64,000 nucleotides of DNA from Alphaproteobacteria bacterium UBA1185. Its GTDB lineage: Bacteria > Pseudomonadota > Alphaproteobacteria > Rs-D84. The DNA lies in contig DBYN01000006.1 in the NCBI GenBank assembly GCA_002310415.1, positions 154,565 to 218,564 on the forward strand, read 5' to 3'. Below the pieces are notes generated by a model that was given only the letters and a program-made list of their open reading frames with translations, made no database searches and had not been told where the DNA came from. Below, in pieces: positions 1-10,009 of this stretch. Numbering within the stretch: the first letter of the stretch is position 1; each line of letters begins with the position of its first letter. The translations under genes were made by a program, and so were the position numbers.

Positions 1-1
1 A

Positions 2-775
2 TTAACTTTTTACTTCAAGCATTAAACCACAGTGGTCTGTTGGTTTATCGGCAAGACGTGGATTTATGTCTATTTCACAATTTTTAATCAATTTAATTGC
101 TGTTTTGTTGCATAGAAAATAATCCAAACGTAATCCCTGTTTATTGCCAACAGTATCACGGCCACGATAACCATACCAAGTATAATCAGTGTCTGTTGGA
201 TGAAAATAACGCCATGTATCTATCCATCCAAAATTCAACCATTGTTGCATAATATCGCGTGCATCAGGGGCAGAAATAGATGAACCAATATAATTTTTTG
301 GATTCCATATATCTTGGTCAGTAATTGCAATATTAAAATCCCCACCAATTATAACTGGTTCTTCTGAATCGAGATATTTTGAAATATAGTTTGTAAATGC
401 GTGCATCCATTCTAATTTATATTGAAATTTTGGTGATTCTATACAATCGCCATTTGGCATATATACATTTATAACCCGTATATGCCCGTCAATAACACAC
501 TCAAGAAAACGTGAATTAATATCTTTATAATTCGGTAGTCCCATAATTGAATCTTCGATGGAATATTTTGAAAAAGTTGCAACCCCATTCCAAGATTTTT
601 GACCAAATACTTTTATGTTATATCCAAATTCGTCAAATAAATTGTGCGGAAAATTGGCGTTTTCTACTTTTAATTCTTGGACTAAAATCGTATCATATTC
701 GCCAGTTTTTAATATATCCATAAAACTTTCAATATGTGCGCGAATAGAATTTATATTAAGTGTTAGTATTTTCAT
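2..775 (-). CDS. xth: Exodeoxyribonuclease III (Xth/ExoIII family AP endonuclease)
   Basis: 257 aa ORF. N-terminal 'MKILTLNINSIRAH', 'ILVQELK' and 'GGDFNIA...DHCGL' match the EEP/ExoIII family pattern. The stop codon lies at 2-4. Confidence 0.85.
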   Translation of the reverse strand: MKILTLNINSIRAHIESFMDILKTGEYDTILVQELKVENANFPHNLFDEFGYNIKVFGQKSWNGVATFSKYSIEDSIMGLPNYKDINSRFLECVIDGHIRVINVYMPNGDCIESPKFQYKLEWMHAFTNYISKYLDSEEPVIIGGDFNIAITDQDIWNPKNYIGSSISAPDARDIMQQWLNFGWIDTWRYFHPTDTDYTWYGYRGRDTVGNKQGLRLDYFLCNKTAIKLIKNCEIDINPRLADKPTDHCGLMLEVKS

Positions 776-947
776 ATTTGCAATCTTTATTTTGTAATAT
801 TATAATACACCTTGTCCAATATAAAAACAACAAGGATTTTATGTTATAAACATTTAAAGCAAACAGTAGTAAATGGTTTACAGGTGTTTTGTTTGTGATG
901 TCTAAATAGACATAGTGTTTATGATTTATAAAAAAAGGACAAATAAA

Positions 948-2525
948 ATGACAATGTATGATTTGTTAGAACAAAATATTAAGAAAAACGGAAATATGCT
1001 TTTTTTGGTACGTGAAAATATCACTTTTGGTGAATTACCAAAATATATAAAGGCGCGTGCTGCATCTTTGGCAGAAGCAGGGGTTAAAGCTGGTGATATT
1101 GTTGGTGTATTATCGCATAATTTGCCACAATTTATTTATAGTTTGTTTGCAATATGGTATTTGGGTGGAAAGGTTTTGTTGTTGGATACCAATTTGACAC
1201 CAGAAGAATATGACAATATGACCAAATTGACAGATTGTAAAATGGTTGTTGCTGAAAAATCTTTCTTTTACAAAACAAAAAATTTCAAATTCTTTGATAT
1301 TGAAACACAAGATAAAGAAGGTGTAGAAGTTAAACAATATAAATTGAAAGATGAAGATATTGCGACATTATCATTTACATCTGGTTCTACTGGAACACCA
1401 AAGATTGTTCCATTGACACATAAAAACTTGGTTTCTTGTTCCGAAGGTCTGGAAACATTAAGTATGTTTTTACGTCATGGTGAAACCATGTATGCATTTT
1501 TGCCATTATATCACGTTTTTGGTTTCGCGGTTGGTTTCTTGGCACCTATGCATTTTGGTATGAGTATTTTGTTACAGTCAACAATTAATCCAAATGCAAT
1601 ATTACAAGATTTTGCGACGTATAAGCCACAAATTATTCCGGCGGTTCCAAAATTGTTTGAAATTTTCCGTAAGAAAATTATTGATGGTATCAAGGCTAAG
1701 AAAAAGTGGTGGTTGGTATCGTTTATTATGAAGCGCCAAAAAACATTACGCATATTAGGATTGGGAAAATTGGTTGATAAAGTATTAAATCAAATTCGTG
1801 CTATATTCGGTGGTCGTGTGCGTTGTATGGTGGCTGGTGGTGCTGCGACTAAACCAGAGGTTGAAAATTTCTATAATAATCTTGGTATAGCGTTTGTTCA
1901 AGGTTATGGCATGACCGAAACTGTTGGGCCAATCTGCTGTTCTAAACCAGTAAAAAAACGTGTTCCGTTCGCTTTTGGTGCACCATTAGGAGGAAGTTGT
2001 TGTGAAATTCGCAATGCTGATGAAAACGGTATTGGTATGCTGTGGGTCCGTGGTGATCAAGTATTTGGTGGGTATTTGAATAACGAAGAAGCCAACAAAG
2101 AATGCTTTGATAAAAACGGATTTTTTTGTACAGGTGATTTGGTGTCTATTGACAAAAACGGTGAATATCATTTTGCCGGACGTAAAAAACAAGTGATTGT
2201 TTTGGATTCTGGTAAAAATGTTTATCCAGATGAATTGGAAGCCTTGTTTATGGAAATAAATGGTGTTAAAAATGTTGCTGTGTTTGAACACGAAATCAAA
2301 GGCAAAACTGTTGCATACGGCGTGTTTTCTGTTGAAGATGGTATGACAATGGAAAAATTGGCAAAAGAAGTTGCCGAAGCAAACAAGAAAGTTGCATCAT
2401 ATAAATGGGTTACTCATTTTGCTATGACAATGGATGATTTGCCTGTAACAAGTACTCAGAAAATCAAACATCATGTTGTACGTCAATGGTTAAAAGATGG
2501 AAAGTATACAAATAGACACGAATAA
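948..2525 (+). CDS. AMP-dependent synthetase/ligase (acyl-CoA synthetase family), paralog 1
   Basis: AMP-binding P-loop 'TSGSTGTPK' and adenylation motifs 'YGMTET' and 'GWLNTGD-like FFCTGDL'. Start set at MTMYD (948) by alignment to the downstream paralog, with an 'aaggac' RBS. Confidence 0.8.
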   Translation: MTMYDLLEQNIKKNGNMLFLVRENITFGELPKYIKARAASLAEAGVKAGDIVGVLSHNLPQFIYSLFAIWYLGGKVLLLDTNLTPEEYDNMTKLTDCKMVVAEKSFFYKTKNFKFFDIETQDKEGVEVKQYKLKDEDIATLSFTSGSTGTPKIVPLTHKNLVSCSEGLETLSMFLRHGETMYAFLPLYHVFGFAVGFLAPMHFGMSILLQSTINPNAILQDFATYKPQIIPAVPKLFEIFRKKIIDGIKAKKKWWLVSFIMKRQKTLRILGLGKLVDKVLNQIRAIFGGRVRCMVAGGAATKPEVENFYNNLGIAFVQGYGMTETVGPICCSKPVKKRVPFAFGAPLGGSCCEIRNADENGIGMLWVRGDQVFGGYLNNEEANKECFDKNGFFCTGDLVSIDKNGEYHFAGRKKQVIVLDSGKNVYPDELEALFMEINGVKNVAVFEHEIKGKTVAYGVFSVEDGMTMEKLAKEVAEANKKVASYKWVTHFAMTMDDLPVTSTQKIKHHVVRQWLKDGKYTNRHE

Positions 2526-2545
2526 TAAAAAAGGGTTGGCACAAA

Positions 2546-4126
2546 ATGAATATGTATCAAAAATTGGAAAATGCGGCAAATCAATGGCCAGAAAATTTAT
2601 TTTTGGTTCGTGAAGGCACCACGTATTCTCAATTTATTGCCCAGGTGCGTGCGCGTGCAGCGACTTTGCGTGATGCAGGTGTAAAGTCTGGCGATATAGT
2701 TGGTGTGTTATCTCATAATTTGCCACAATTTCCATTAACTTTGTTTGCGATATGGTATTTAGGCGGCATAGTTTTAATGTTAGACACTAATCTAACACCG
2801 TTTGAATACGATAATATGGCAGAAATAGCTGGATGCAAATTCGTTTGTGCTGAACCTTCGTTTTTTTATAAAACGGATAAATTTACTTTCTTTGACATAA
2901 TAAAAAAAGATGGCGATATAGATTATGATTTGCGTGCACATCCTTCCGAATCTACTGATATTGCGTTAATGTCGTTTACATCTGGTTCTACTGGAACACC
3001 AAAGGTTGTGCCATTAACACACTTTAATTTGATAGAATGTGCAAATTCTTTGGAAGATATGTCTGAATATTATCATTCTGGTGATATAATGTATGGATTT
3101 TTGCCTTTGTACCATATATTTGGATTTTCAATTGGTATTTTGGCAACGATTCATTTTGGTGGCGGTTTGGTATTACAGCCTACGATTAATCCAAAATATA
3201 TATTGGACGATTTTAAAAAATTCAAACCGCATGTTATTCCAGCTGTACCAAGAATTTGGGAATTGTTCCGTAATAAAATCATAGATAATATGAAAGTGCA
3301 AAAAAAGTGGCGTGTTGCTTCGTTTATTTTAAATAATCAAAAAACTTTGCAAGATATGGGGTTATCGTTCTTTGTTCGCAAAGTTCAAGAACCATTACTT
3401 GAAATATTTGGTGGTCGTGCAAGGTTATTGATTGCGGGGGGGGCTGCTACAAAACCAGAAGTTGAAAATTTCTATGAATCGTTGGGATTAGCGTTTATTC
3501 AGGGGTATGGTTTAACGGAAACAGTTGGACCGATCTGTATTTCAAAGCCAACAAGTAAAAGATTAGCGTATTCTGTGGGTGCGCCTACATCAAATAACGA
3601 ATGTGAAATTCGTGATAAAGATGAAAACGGTGTTGGTGTTTTGTGGTTGCGTGGACATCAGGTTTTTGGTGGATATTTGAATAATCCAACTGTTAATTCA
3701 GAAGTATTTGATGACAAAGGATTCTTTAACACTGGCGATATGGTTTATATGGATAAAAACGGCGAATTACATTTTGCTGGTCGTAAAAAACAAGTAATCG
3801 TTTTGGATTCTGGTAAAAACGTTTATCCAGATGAATTAGAAGCTCTGTATATGAATATAGATGGCGTGAAAAATGTTGCTGTGTTTGAGCACAAGGTTAA
3901 AGACAAAACTGTTACATATGCAGTATTTCAAGTTACGCCTGATATGACAATGGAAAAGTTAGCAAAAGAGGTTGCCGAAGCAAACAAGAAAGTTGCTTCA
4001 TACAAATGGGTTACACATTTTGCGATGACAACAGATGATTTGCCAGTAACTAGTACGCAAAAGGTTAAACATCACATTGTTCGTCAGAATTTGATTGATG
4101 GTCAATATCCTGATAGAAAAGAGTAA
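2546..4126 (+). CDS. AMP-dependent synthetase/ligase, paralog 2 (tandem duplicate)
   Basis: 526 aa with the same motifs ('TSGSTGTPK', 'YGLTET', 'FFNTGDM'). About 60% identical to the upstream gene, and the C-terminal 29 aa are identical. Confidence 0.8.
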   Translation: MNMYQKLENAANQWPENLFLVREGTTYSQFIAQVRARAATLRDAGVKSGDIVGVLSHNLPQFPLTLFAIWYLGGIVLMLDTNLTPFEYDNMAEIAGCKFVCAEPSFFYKTDKFTFFDIIKKDGDIDYDLRAHPSESTDIALMSFTSGSTGTPKVVPLTHFNLIECANSLEDMSEYYHSGDIMYGFLPLYHIFGFSIGILATIHFGGGLVLQPTINPKYILDDFKKFKPHVIPAVPRIWELFRNKIIDNMKVQKKWRVASFILNNQKTLQDMGLSFFVRKVQEPLLEIFGGRARLLIAGGAATKPEVENFYESLGLAFIQGYGLTETVGPICISKPTSKRLAYSVGAPTSNNECEIRDKDENGVGVLWLRGHQVFGGYLNNPTVNSEVFDDKGFFNTGDMVYMDKNGELHFAGRKKQVIVLDSGKNVYPDELEALYMNIDGVKNVAVFEHKVKDKTVTYAVFQVTPDMTMEKLAKEVAEANKKVASYKWVTHFAMTTDDLPVTSTQKVKHHIVRQNLIDGQYPDRKE

Positions 4127-4132
4127 AGCCAA

Positions 4133-4160
4133 AGGCCGGCGCTTGCCGGTTTTTGTTTTG
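4133..4160. terminator. Bidirectional rho-independent terminator (ccggcgcttgccgg + T-run) between convergent ligase and mnmE
   Basis: GC-rich inverted repeat 'ggccggcgcttgccggtttttgtttt' seen in the sequence. Confidence 0.6.
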
Positions 4161-4166
4161 CGTGGG

Positions 4167-5462
4167 TTATTTCCCTAAACACAATTTTGAAAATGTTGCA
4201 TCGGCGATTTCGCTGGTTGTTATTATGCCAAGGATTTTGCCTATTGCATCACTTGCTCTGCGGACATGTTCGGCAAATATATCATAATTATTTTCTGATT
4301 TTGTAATTGCATTATTTAATTCGTTTATCGCATCAAGTAACAATTCGTGTGTTCTTTCGTTTATTGCAACACGCGATTCAGCACCCCCCATTAATGTATG
4401 CATTTTGTCTCGGATTGTTGCCATCAATTTATCAAAACCGTCATTTGTTTTGGCGGATGTATAAATCACGTTTTTTAAATTTCTGGTTTTCAATAAATCA
4501 GATTTATTTATAACCGTAATTTCATCGTTATTTATTTCAGTTGGAATATCACTATAAACATGAATTATTAAATCTGCGGTTTTAATTTCGTTATATGTGC
4601 GTTCAATACCGATTTTTTCAATTGTATCATTTGATTCCCGAATTCCTGCTGTATCGGACAGATTGACCAGGTATCCATCAATGTCAATTTGTTGGGAAAC
4701 TACATCACGTGTTGTGCCGGCTATATCAGAAACTATTGCACGATTTGAACCAACCAATTTATTGAAAATTGACGATTTACCGACATTTGTTTCACCAACC
4801 AATACAATATTAAAACCATTACGCAAAGCACGTGTCCCACGATATCCAGCAATCGCATCTTGTAATTCGTTCAATAAAATCTTGGTTTTATCTTTGATTT
4901 TTATATCTATGTTTTTGGGCAGGTCATCTTCGTCATAATCCAATATAGCCGCTGCATACGCAGATATTTCAATCATCTGATTTCGCCAATTATTATATAT
5001 TTTTGAATCATGCCCAGTGAAAGATTTAAGGGCAGATTGACGTTGTTTATCTGTTTGTGCATCCAGCAGGGCAATTAAACCGTCCGCATCAGTTAAATCC
5101 ATTTTGTTGTTGAAAAATGCACGTTTAGAAAACTCACCACATTCCGCCATACGACAATTGTGGGCGCGTAGAAATTCAAAGATTTTATTTATGACCGCTG
5201 GTGCGCCATGTGAATGTATTTCAATAACGTCTTCGCCGGTGAAAGAGTGGGGCGCACCAAAATAAATCGCAATACATTGGTCAATTAAATCGCCGCTATC
5301 ATCTTTTAGATTTGTATAATAAGCATGTCGCGGTGTATGTGCGTTTTTATTTATAATGCGTTCAAACAGTGCAATCAAATTTGAACCGCTGATTCTTATA
5401 ACCGCAACACCGGCTTTGCCATGTCCAGAAGACAGCGCAAAAATATTTTCACAATTATTCAT
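4167..5462 (-). CDS. mnmE: tRNA modification GTPase MnmE (TrmE)
   Basis: 431 aa. G-domain 'GETNVGKSS', 'DTAG', 'NKSD'. Ends in the MnmE-specific C-terminal 'CLGK'. Confidence 0.9.
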   Translation of the reverse strand: MNNCENIFALSSGHGKAGVAVIRISGSNLIALFERIINKNAHTPRHAYYTNLKDDSGDLIDQCIAIYFGAPHSFTGEDVIEIHSHGAPAVINKIFEFLRAHNCRMAECGEFSKRAFFNNKMDLTDADGLIALLDAQTDKQRQSALKSFTGHDSKIYNNWRNQMIEISAYAAAILDYDEDDLPKNIDIKIKDKTKILLNELQDAIAGYRGTRALRNGFNIVLVGETNVGKSSIFNKLVGSNRAIVSDIAGTTRDVVSQQIDIDGYLVNLSDTAGIRESNDTIEKIGIERTYNEIKTADLIIHVYSDIPTEINNDEITVINKSDLLKTRNLKNVIYTSAKTNDGFDKLMATIRDKMHTLMGGAESRVAINERTHELLLDAINELNNAITKSENNYDIFAEHVRRASDAIGKILGIITTSEIADATFSKLCLGK

Positions 5463-6034
5463 TATTTATTACCACTTATTTCTTTTAATGCAATCGGGAC
5501 AAGTTGTGCGACGTCAAGTTTTGGATTATTTGATACCAATTTTTGTGCCATGTCAATAATGTCCATACGGCGGTATCCCAATGATTCCAATGCAGATAAT
5601 AAATCGGGCAATACACCATCATTGACCGTTCCAAAATCAAAACTGCCACCGCCCATTTTATTCTTTAATTCAACGATGATTTTTTCTGCAACCTTTTTGC
5701 CAACACCTGGTGCAGTGGCAATTGTTTTTGCGTCCCCAGTCGCAATTGCAGACATCAATGTTTCTGTTTTAATTGTTGACATAATAGCCAATGCAACCTT
5801 TGGTCCAACACCAGATACAGTTGTTAATTGATTAAATAAATTTTGGGCAGTCATAGTTGAAAAACCAAATAACCGAATCGAATCTTCGCGGACAATCGTT
5901 TCTATCCACAAAGAAATAGTTGCCTTTGGTGTCAGGTATTCCGGTGTATAGACCTTGTATCCGACACCCCCGGTCATTAAAATAACGTATCCATCACCAA
6001 TATAATCAATTATGCCTTGCAATTTGCCAATCAT
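5462..6034 (-). CDS. ruvA: Holliday junction DNA helicase RuvA
   Basis: 190 aa. 'MIGKLQGII...GGVGYKV' N-terminal OB domain and HhH motifs 'VSGVGPKVALAIM'. The stop overlaps the mnmE start by 1 nt. Confidence 0.9.
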   Translation of the reverse strand: MIGKLQGIIDYIGDGYVILMTGGVGYKVYTPEYLTPKATISLWIETIVREDSIRLFGFSTMTAQNLFNQLTTVSGVGPKVALAIMSTIKTETLMSAIATGDAKTIATAPGVGKKVAEKIIVELKNKMGGGSFDFGTVNDGVLPDLLSALESLGYRRMDIIDMAQKLVSNNPKLDVAQLVPIALKEISGNK

Positions 6035-6084
6035 TTGTTATCCTTTTAGGGTAATTTTAATCTAAAATAATCAAAAGGTCAAAT

Positions 6085-6801
6085 ATGAGTGGACACAGTA
6101 AATGGCACAACATCCAACATAAAAAGGGATTAGTTGATGCAGCACGTAGCGGTTTGTTTACAAAATTGGCACGTGAAATAACTATGGCGGCAAAATTGGG
6201 GGATAAAAACCCAGATAACAATCCAAGATTGCGGTTGGCAATTTTACAGGCCCGTAAAAATTCTATGCCGAACGATAATATTAAGCGTGCAATTGAAAAG
6301 GCATCTGGTACAAATACAGACAATTTTGTTGCGGTAAGATACGAAGGATACGGACCAAATGCGGTTCCTGTGATAGTAGAAGCATTGACTGATAATCCGC
6401 GTAGAACTGTACCAGAAGTGCGTAATATATTCGCCAAAAATGGTGGTAACATGGGGGAAGAGGGTTCTGTTGTGTTTATGTTCTCTCACGTTGGACAAAT
6501 TATGTATCCGGCTTCTATTGGTAAAACCGAAGATGAAATGATGGAATTGGTTATGGAGGTTGATGCAGATAATCTTGAATCATCCGAAGAAGGTTTTATC
6601 ATAACAACAAAACCAGATAACTTTATGAATATTCAAAAGGCGTTATCTGATAAATTGGGTGAACCAGAAAATGCTGAATTAACCTGGATACCAAATATGC
6701 CGATGGATTTAGATGATGAAGCATATGCAAAACTTGAAAAGTTGGTGGATGCTTTGGATGACAATGATGATGTTCAGAAGGTATTTACTGCTGCGGCATA
6801 A
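6085..6801 (+). CDS. yebC: YebC/PmpR family transcriptional regulator
   Basis: 238 aa. 'MSGHSKWHNIQHKKG...RLRLAILQARKNSMPNDNIKRAIEKASG' is canonical YebC. Confidence 0.9.
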   Translation: MSGHSKWHNIQHKKGLVDAARSGLFTKLAREITMAAKLGDKNPDNNPRLRLAILQARKNSMPNDNIKRAIEKASGTNTDNFVAVRYEGYGPNAVPVIVEALTDNPRRTVPEVRNIFAKNGGNMGEEGSVVFMFSHVGQIMYPASIGKTEDEMMELVMEVDADNLESSEEGFIITTKPDNFMNIQKALSDKLGEPENAELTWIPNMPMDLDDEAYAKLEKLVDALDDNDDVQKVFTAAA

Positions 6802-6822
6802 AAATTAATGTTTTGTGTAATG

Positions 6823-6850
6823 ATACACCACCCAATTGGGTGGTTTTTAT
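6823..6850 (+). terminator. Rho-independent terminator after yebC
   Basis: 'caccacccaattgggtggtttttattt' hairpin plus T-run. Confidence 0.55.
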
Positions 6851-6903
6851 TTATATGAATGCATTAAATATGATATAATTTATGCAAAGAAAGGATTTGT
6901 ATA

Positions 6904-7866
6904 ATGGCAAGAAAATTATTTTTTTGCGTTTTGATGTTTGTATTTTGTGGCACTGTGAATGCTTTTGCGAATAATGATGAATTAATAAATCGGGCGCAAG
7001 AATTATTAGAGGCTACGCGTATAACATGTTCTGGTATTTCAAACGAGATAAGCAAAATTTCCAATATATCAAAGGCTAATACCGCGGTAACTGCTGTTGG
7101 AACTGTCGCATCAACTGGTGCTTTGGCGGTTGGTATTAAAAAATCTCAGGAAGAGCAAGAAATAGAAAAATTAATTAATGAAATATGTAAAAAAGGTGGT
7201 TGTACCGCTGAAGGCGTTGAAAAAATGTCAAATAAAGATTTTTTTGAAAATGTCATTGTAAAATTACCCAGATTATACGAATTACAAAAAAAGATAGATA
7301 AATCAAAAACATTAGGGAATTGGCGGACTGGATTGATGGCGGGAACGATTGGAACAAATTTGGCATCTGCGATAATGTCCGGATTAAATATAAATCAATC
7401 TGATTTGGTGCAACATATATCTGCGTGTAATGCGATGGTGGAAAGTATGCAGGACATAGAAATGGAACTGAGAAAAGTAGGTGTTGATTCAAGTCAAATG
7501 CAATTGATGAAAAAGGTTAATAATGTTCGGACGTGGTGCAATAAAATAGATGTCAAAGAAATAGAAAAAATAGAAAATCGAATGAAAGGTGTGCTGGGAA
7601 CGTCTGTGGTCGGTGGTGTTATTGGTATAGTTGGTGTTGGAACTAGTGCGGCTGCGAATAGTGATAAATACATGGCAATAGAAAATAAAGTTAGATTAAC
7701 AGAACAGGAAAAGAAAAAGGAACATGCGTTAAATACAACGGCAAACGTAATGGCTGGTGCGAATATCGCAACTGGTGCAGTGGAAACAGGATTAAATATA
7801 TCACTTATAATATTAATAAAAAAATTAATCCAACAAGCAGAACGTTGTGAGGAAAATTTAAAATGA
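6904..7866 (+). CDS. Hypothetical secreted protein (signal peptide, Gly/Ala/Thr-rich hydrophobic segments, coiled-coil-like)
   Basis: N-terminal signal 'MARKLFFCVLMFVFCGTVNAFA'. No recognisable catalytic motif. Repeated 'GTVASTGALAVGI' / 'GGVIGIVGVGTSAAA' segments. Confidence 0.5.
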   Translation: MARKLFFCVLMFVFCGTVNAFANNDELINRAQELLEATRITCSGISNEISKISNISKANTAVTAVGTVASTGALAVGIKKSQEEQEIEKLINEICKKGGCTAEGVEKMSNKDFFENVIVKLPRLYELQKKIDKSKTLGNWRTGLMAGTIGTNLASAIMSGLNINQSDLVQHISACNAMVESMQDIEMELRKVGVDSSQMQLMKKVNNVRTWCNKIDVKEIEKIENRMKGVLGTSVVGGVIGIVGVGTSAAANSDKYMAIENKVRLTEQEKKKEHALNTTANVMAGANIATGAVETGLNISLIILIKKLIQQAERCEENLK

Positions 7867-8027
7867 AAATCTTTGGGTACGTGATGGTTGTATGGAGAAT
7901 ATCATGCTGTGTTTTTGAAAGGTATTACAAGAAAATTTGAGTTTGGATATGAATAGAACTAAATAATTCTTAACAAGATAATCTGGATAGAATGCCTAAA
8001 TTTTAATATAAAGTGATGTGATATATA

Positions 8028-8058
8028 TATAAACCGGCAAGATTGCCGGTTTTTTTAT
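8028..8058. terminator. Bidirectional terminator (aaccggcaagattgccggttttttt)
   Basis: Perfect 7-bp stem 'ccggcaa/ttgccgg' flanked by A-run and T-run. Confidence 0.6.
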
Positions 8059-8065
8059 AATGTTT

Positions 8066-8515
8066 TTATTGATTTGCAGGTTTTTGATTTGCGGCCGCAT
8101 TTTGTCTTTGTTCATACAATGCTGCAAAATCAACAGGTTGCATTGTAAATGCTGGAAAACCCGATTCCGCTGTCAATCTTGTTACCAATGCACGAACGGC
8201 TGGGAACAATAATGTCGGTACATCTATTAATAACGTCTTCTTTTTTGTTTCTTCGTCTTTTTCTTCATATTGGACAATCCCGGTATACGTAGATTCAATC
8301 AAAAACATTGTTTTATCATCTTTTTCCAATTTAGAATGGACTTTGGTAATCAAATCAACCATAAACAGATTATTTTCAGAACCTTTGATATTTATGTCAA
8401 TGTTGATTTCTAATTTTGCCTGACCGTTGTCTTGTTTAAAGAATAATTCTGGTACATTTGGGCTTTCGAATGAGATATCTTTCAAGAATTGTGAAATAAT
8501 ATTAAACTTTGGCAT
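8066..8515 (-). CDS. secB: Protein-export chaperone SecB
   Basis: 149 aa. 'KDISFESPNVP' matches E. coli SecB 'KDISFEAPNAP', and 'LLFPAVRALVTRL...PVDFAALY' resembles 'ILFPYARE...PVNFDALF'. Confidence 0.85.
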   Translation of the reverse strand: MPKFNIISQFLKDISFESPNVPELFFKQDNGQAKLEINIDINIKGSENNLFMVDLITKVHSKLEKDDKTMFLIESTYTGIVQYEEKDEETKKKTLLIDVPTLLFPAVRALVTRLTAESGFPAFTMQPVDFAALYEQRQNAAANQKPANQ

Positions 8516-8594
8516 GTATTGCTCCTTTTTTTATCCTCGGTTTTATGATAATATAGCATTAAGGAATTGTTTTTACAAGGGGGGATAATTAAAA

Positions 8595-9689
8595 ATGTCA
8601 TTATTTTCAAAATTTATGCGTTTGTTGGGTTTGTATATGTTCGTTGGGCTTATTGCAGCCTGCGATTTGTCATCACCAACCCATGTTGGTGACGATTCGC
8701 AAGTGCCTTCGAATTTGCGGGCTGTATCTTATTCGGCTTTGCCTGGGTGGCGCGCTGATGATGTGCGATATGCTTTACAGGCATTTCGTAATACCTGCAA
8801 AGCAAAGATTCAATACAAGGGGCAAGTTGTGCCAGATGCAGAATTGTTGCGTGAAAAATGTAATATGTTGCCAAGTTCTTCTGCGGATATAGCAACTGTG
8901 CGCGCTTGGTTTGAATCTAATTTCCAGCCTTATCAAGTTTATAATGAAAAGGGTGGTAAAACCGGTACATATACAGGTTATTATTCGCCAGTTATAAATG
9001 GGTGTCGTCAAAAGACTGCTGTTTGTAATGAACCAATAATGGGGGTGCCAATTGACGGTTCATCTTACAAGGGTGTATCAAAGCGTGATATTGTAAACAA
9101 AAGAATAGGGCGTATTTTATATTGGGCAAATATTGTTGATGTTCAAAATCTTCAAATCCAAGGCAGTGGTATGTTAAAATTGGACGATGGTAAAATGGTG
9201 AAATTAAACTTTGCTGCGGTTAATGATATGCCTTTTAAATCTATTGGAAAACAATTGCAAGACAAAGGTATAAAACCATCTGGTGGATATTCGGCTGATG
9301 CTGTGTGGACACATTTAAAACAAAATCCACAGTTAGCAAAAGAGGTAATTTATAACAATCCAAGATATGTTTATTTCTACGAATCTGGTCAGCATAGTGT
9401 AGTTGGAAAATTGGGAACTCCATTGTCAAAAATACGTAGTGTTGCGATGGATGATTCTCTGTATACGTTGGGTTTGCCTGTATATATTAATACTTCGCTT
9501 TCTGATGGGCGGTCTTTTAATCGGTTGATGATTGCGCAGGATACTGGTGGCGCAATCAAAGGTTGGATTCGTGCAGACATATTCTTTGGAAGTGGGGACG
9601 AAGCATACAAAGTTGCGCATGGTCAACATGCCCAAGGTCAAATGTTTATCTTAATGCCAAAAGAATACAGTTATGTCAAACCAAGATAA
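8595..9689 (+). CDS. mltA: Membrane-bound lytic murein transglycosylase A-like lipoprotein (MltA family)
   Basis: Lipobox 'LIAAC'. Size 364 aa. 'SALPGWRADDVRYALQAFRNTC' resembles the MltA N-terminal region, with a 3D-domain-like C-terminal part. The family call is from memory. Confidence 0.55.
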   Translation: MSLFSKFMRLLGLYMFVGLIAACDLSSPTHVGDDSQVPSNLRAVSYSALPGWRADDVRYALQAFRNTCKAKIQYKGQVVPDAELLREKCNMLPSSSADIATVRAWFESNFQPYQVYNEKGGKTGTYTGYYSPVINGCRQKTAVCNEPIMGVPIDGSSYKGVSKRDIVNKRIGRILYWANIVDVQNLQIQGSGMLKLDDGKMVKLNFAAVNDMPFKSIGKQLQDKGIKPSGGYSADAVWTHLKQNPQLAKEVIYNNPRYVYFYESGQHSVVGKLGTPLSKIRSVAMDDSLYTLGLPVYINTSLSDGRSFNRLMIAQDTGGAIKGWIRADIFFGSGDEAYKVAHGQHAQGQMFILMPKEYSYVKPR

Positions 9690-10008
9690 AAAAGCAAATC
9701 TTGTAATTCGTAAATCCAGACCACAAACGTTGGGTGCATCTTTTGGTGGGCTGTTAGATACTTTTGGTATTCGAGCATCTGATGCAGATTTGGCGAATAA
9801 TTGGAAAAATATTGTTGGTGCAGAAATTGCGAATATTTCAAAAGTTGTTGCAGTTAAACAAAAACGCGATAAGAAAATAGATGTTGTTTTGCGTCCTATG
9901 TCACCTGCGTTTGTGCTGGAATTATCATACAAAGTTGATGAGTGTATTAAAAAACTAAATAAATATTATGGTCGAGATATTGTTTCGAAAATAACAATCA
10001 GGAAGTAA
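9673..10008 (+). CDS. DUF721/DciA-like protein (putative replicative helicase loader family)
   Basis: 111 aa. Pattern 'W..IVG.EIA..S.VV......IDVVL...SPAFV.ELSY....I..LN...G..IV.KI' matches the DciA/DUF721 signature. Overlaps the mltA 3' end by 17 nt. Confidence 0.5.
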   Translation: MSNQDKKANLVIRKSRPQTLGASFGGLLDTFGIRASDADLANNWKNIVGAEIANISKVVAVKQKRDKKIDVVLRPMSPAFVLELSYKVDECIKKLNKYYGRDIVSKITIRK

Positions 10009-10009
10009 A

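Noticed and set aside
3296-3305. A7 tract in ligase paralog 2 and other A7 runs
   Set aside because: A7 runs are frequent throughout this AT-rich window (Lys-Lys codons). Only the paired A8 tracts in the GT2 genes and the G8 tract were considered noteworthy.
8020-8031. 'atatatatata' dinucleotide run
   Set aside because: Only about 5 AT units in an AT-rich intergenic region. It is not a meaningful microsatellite or CRISPR-like repeat.
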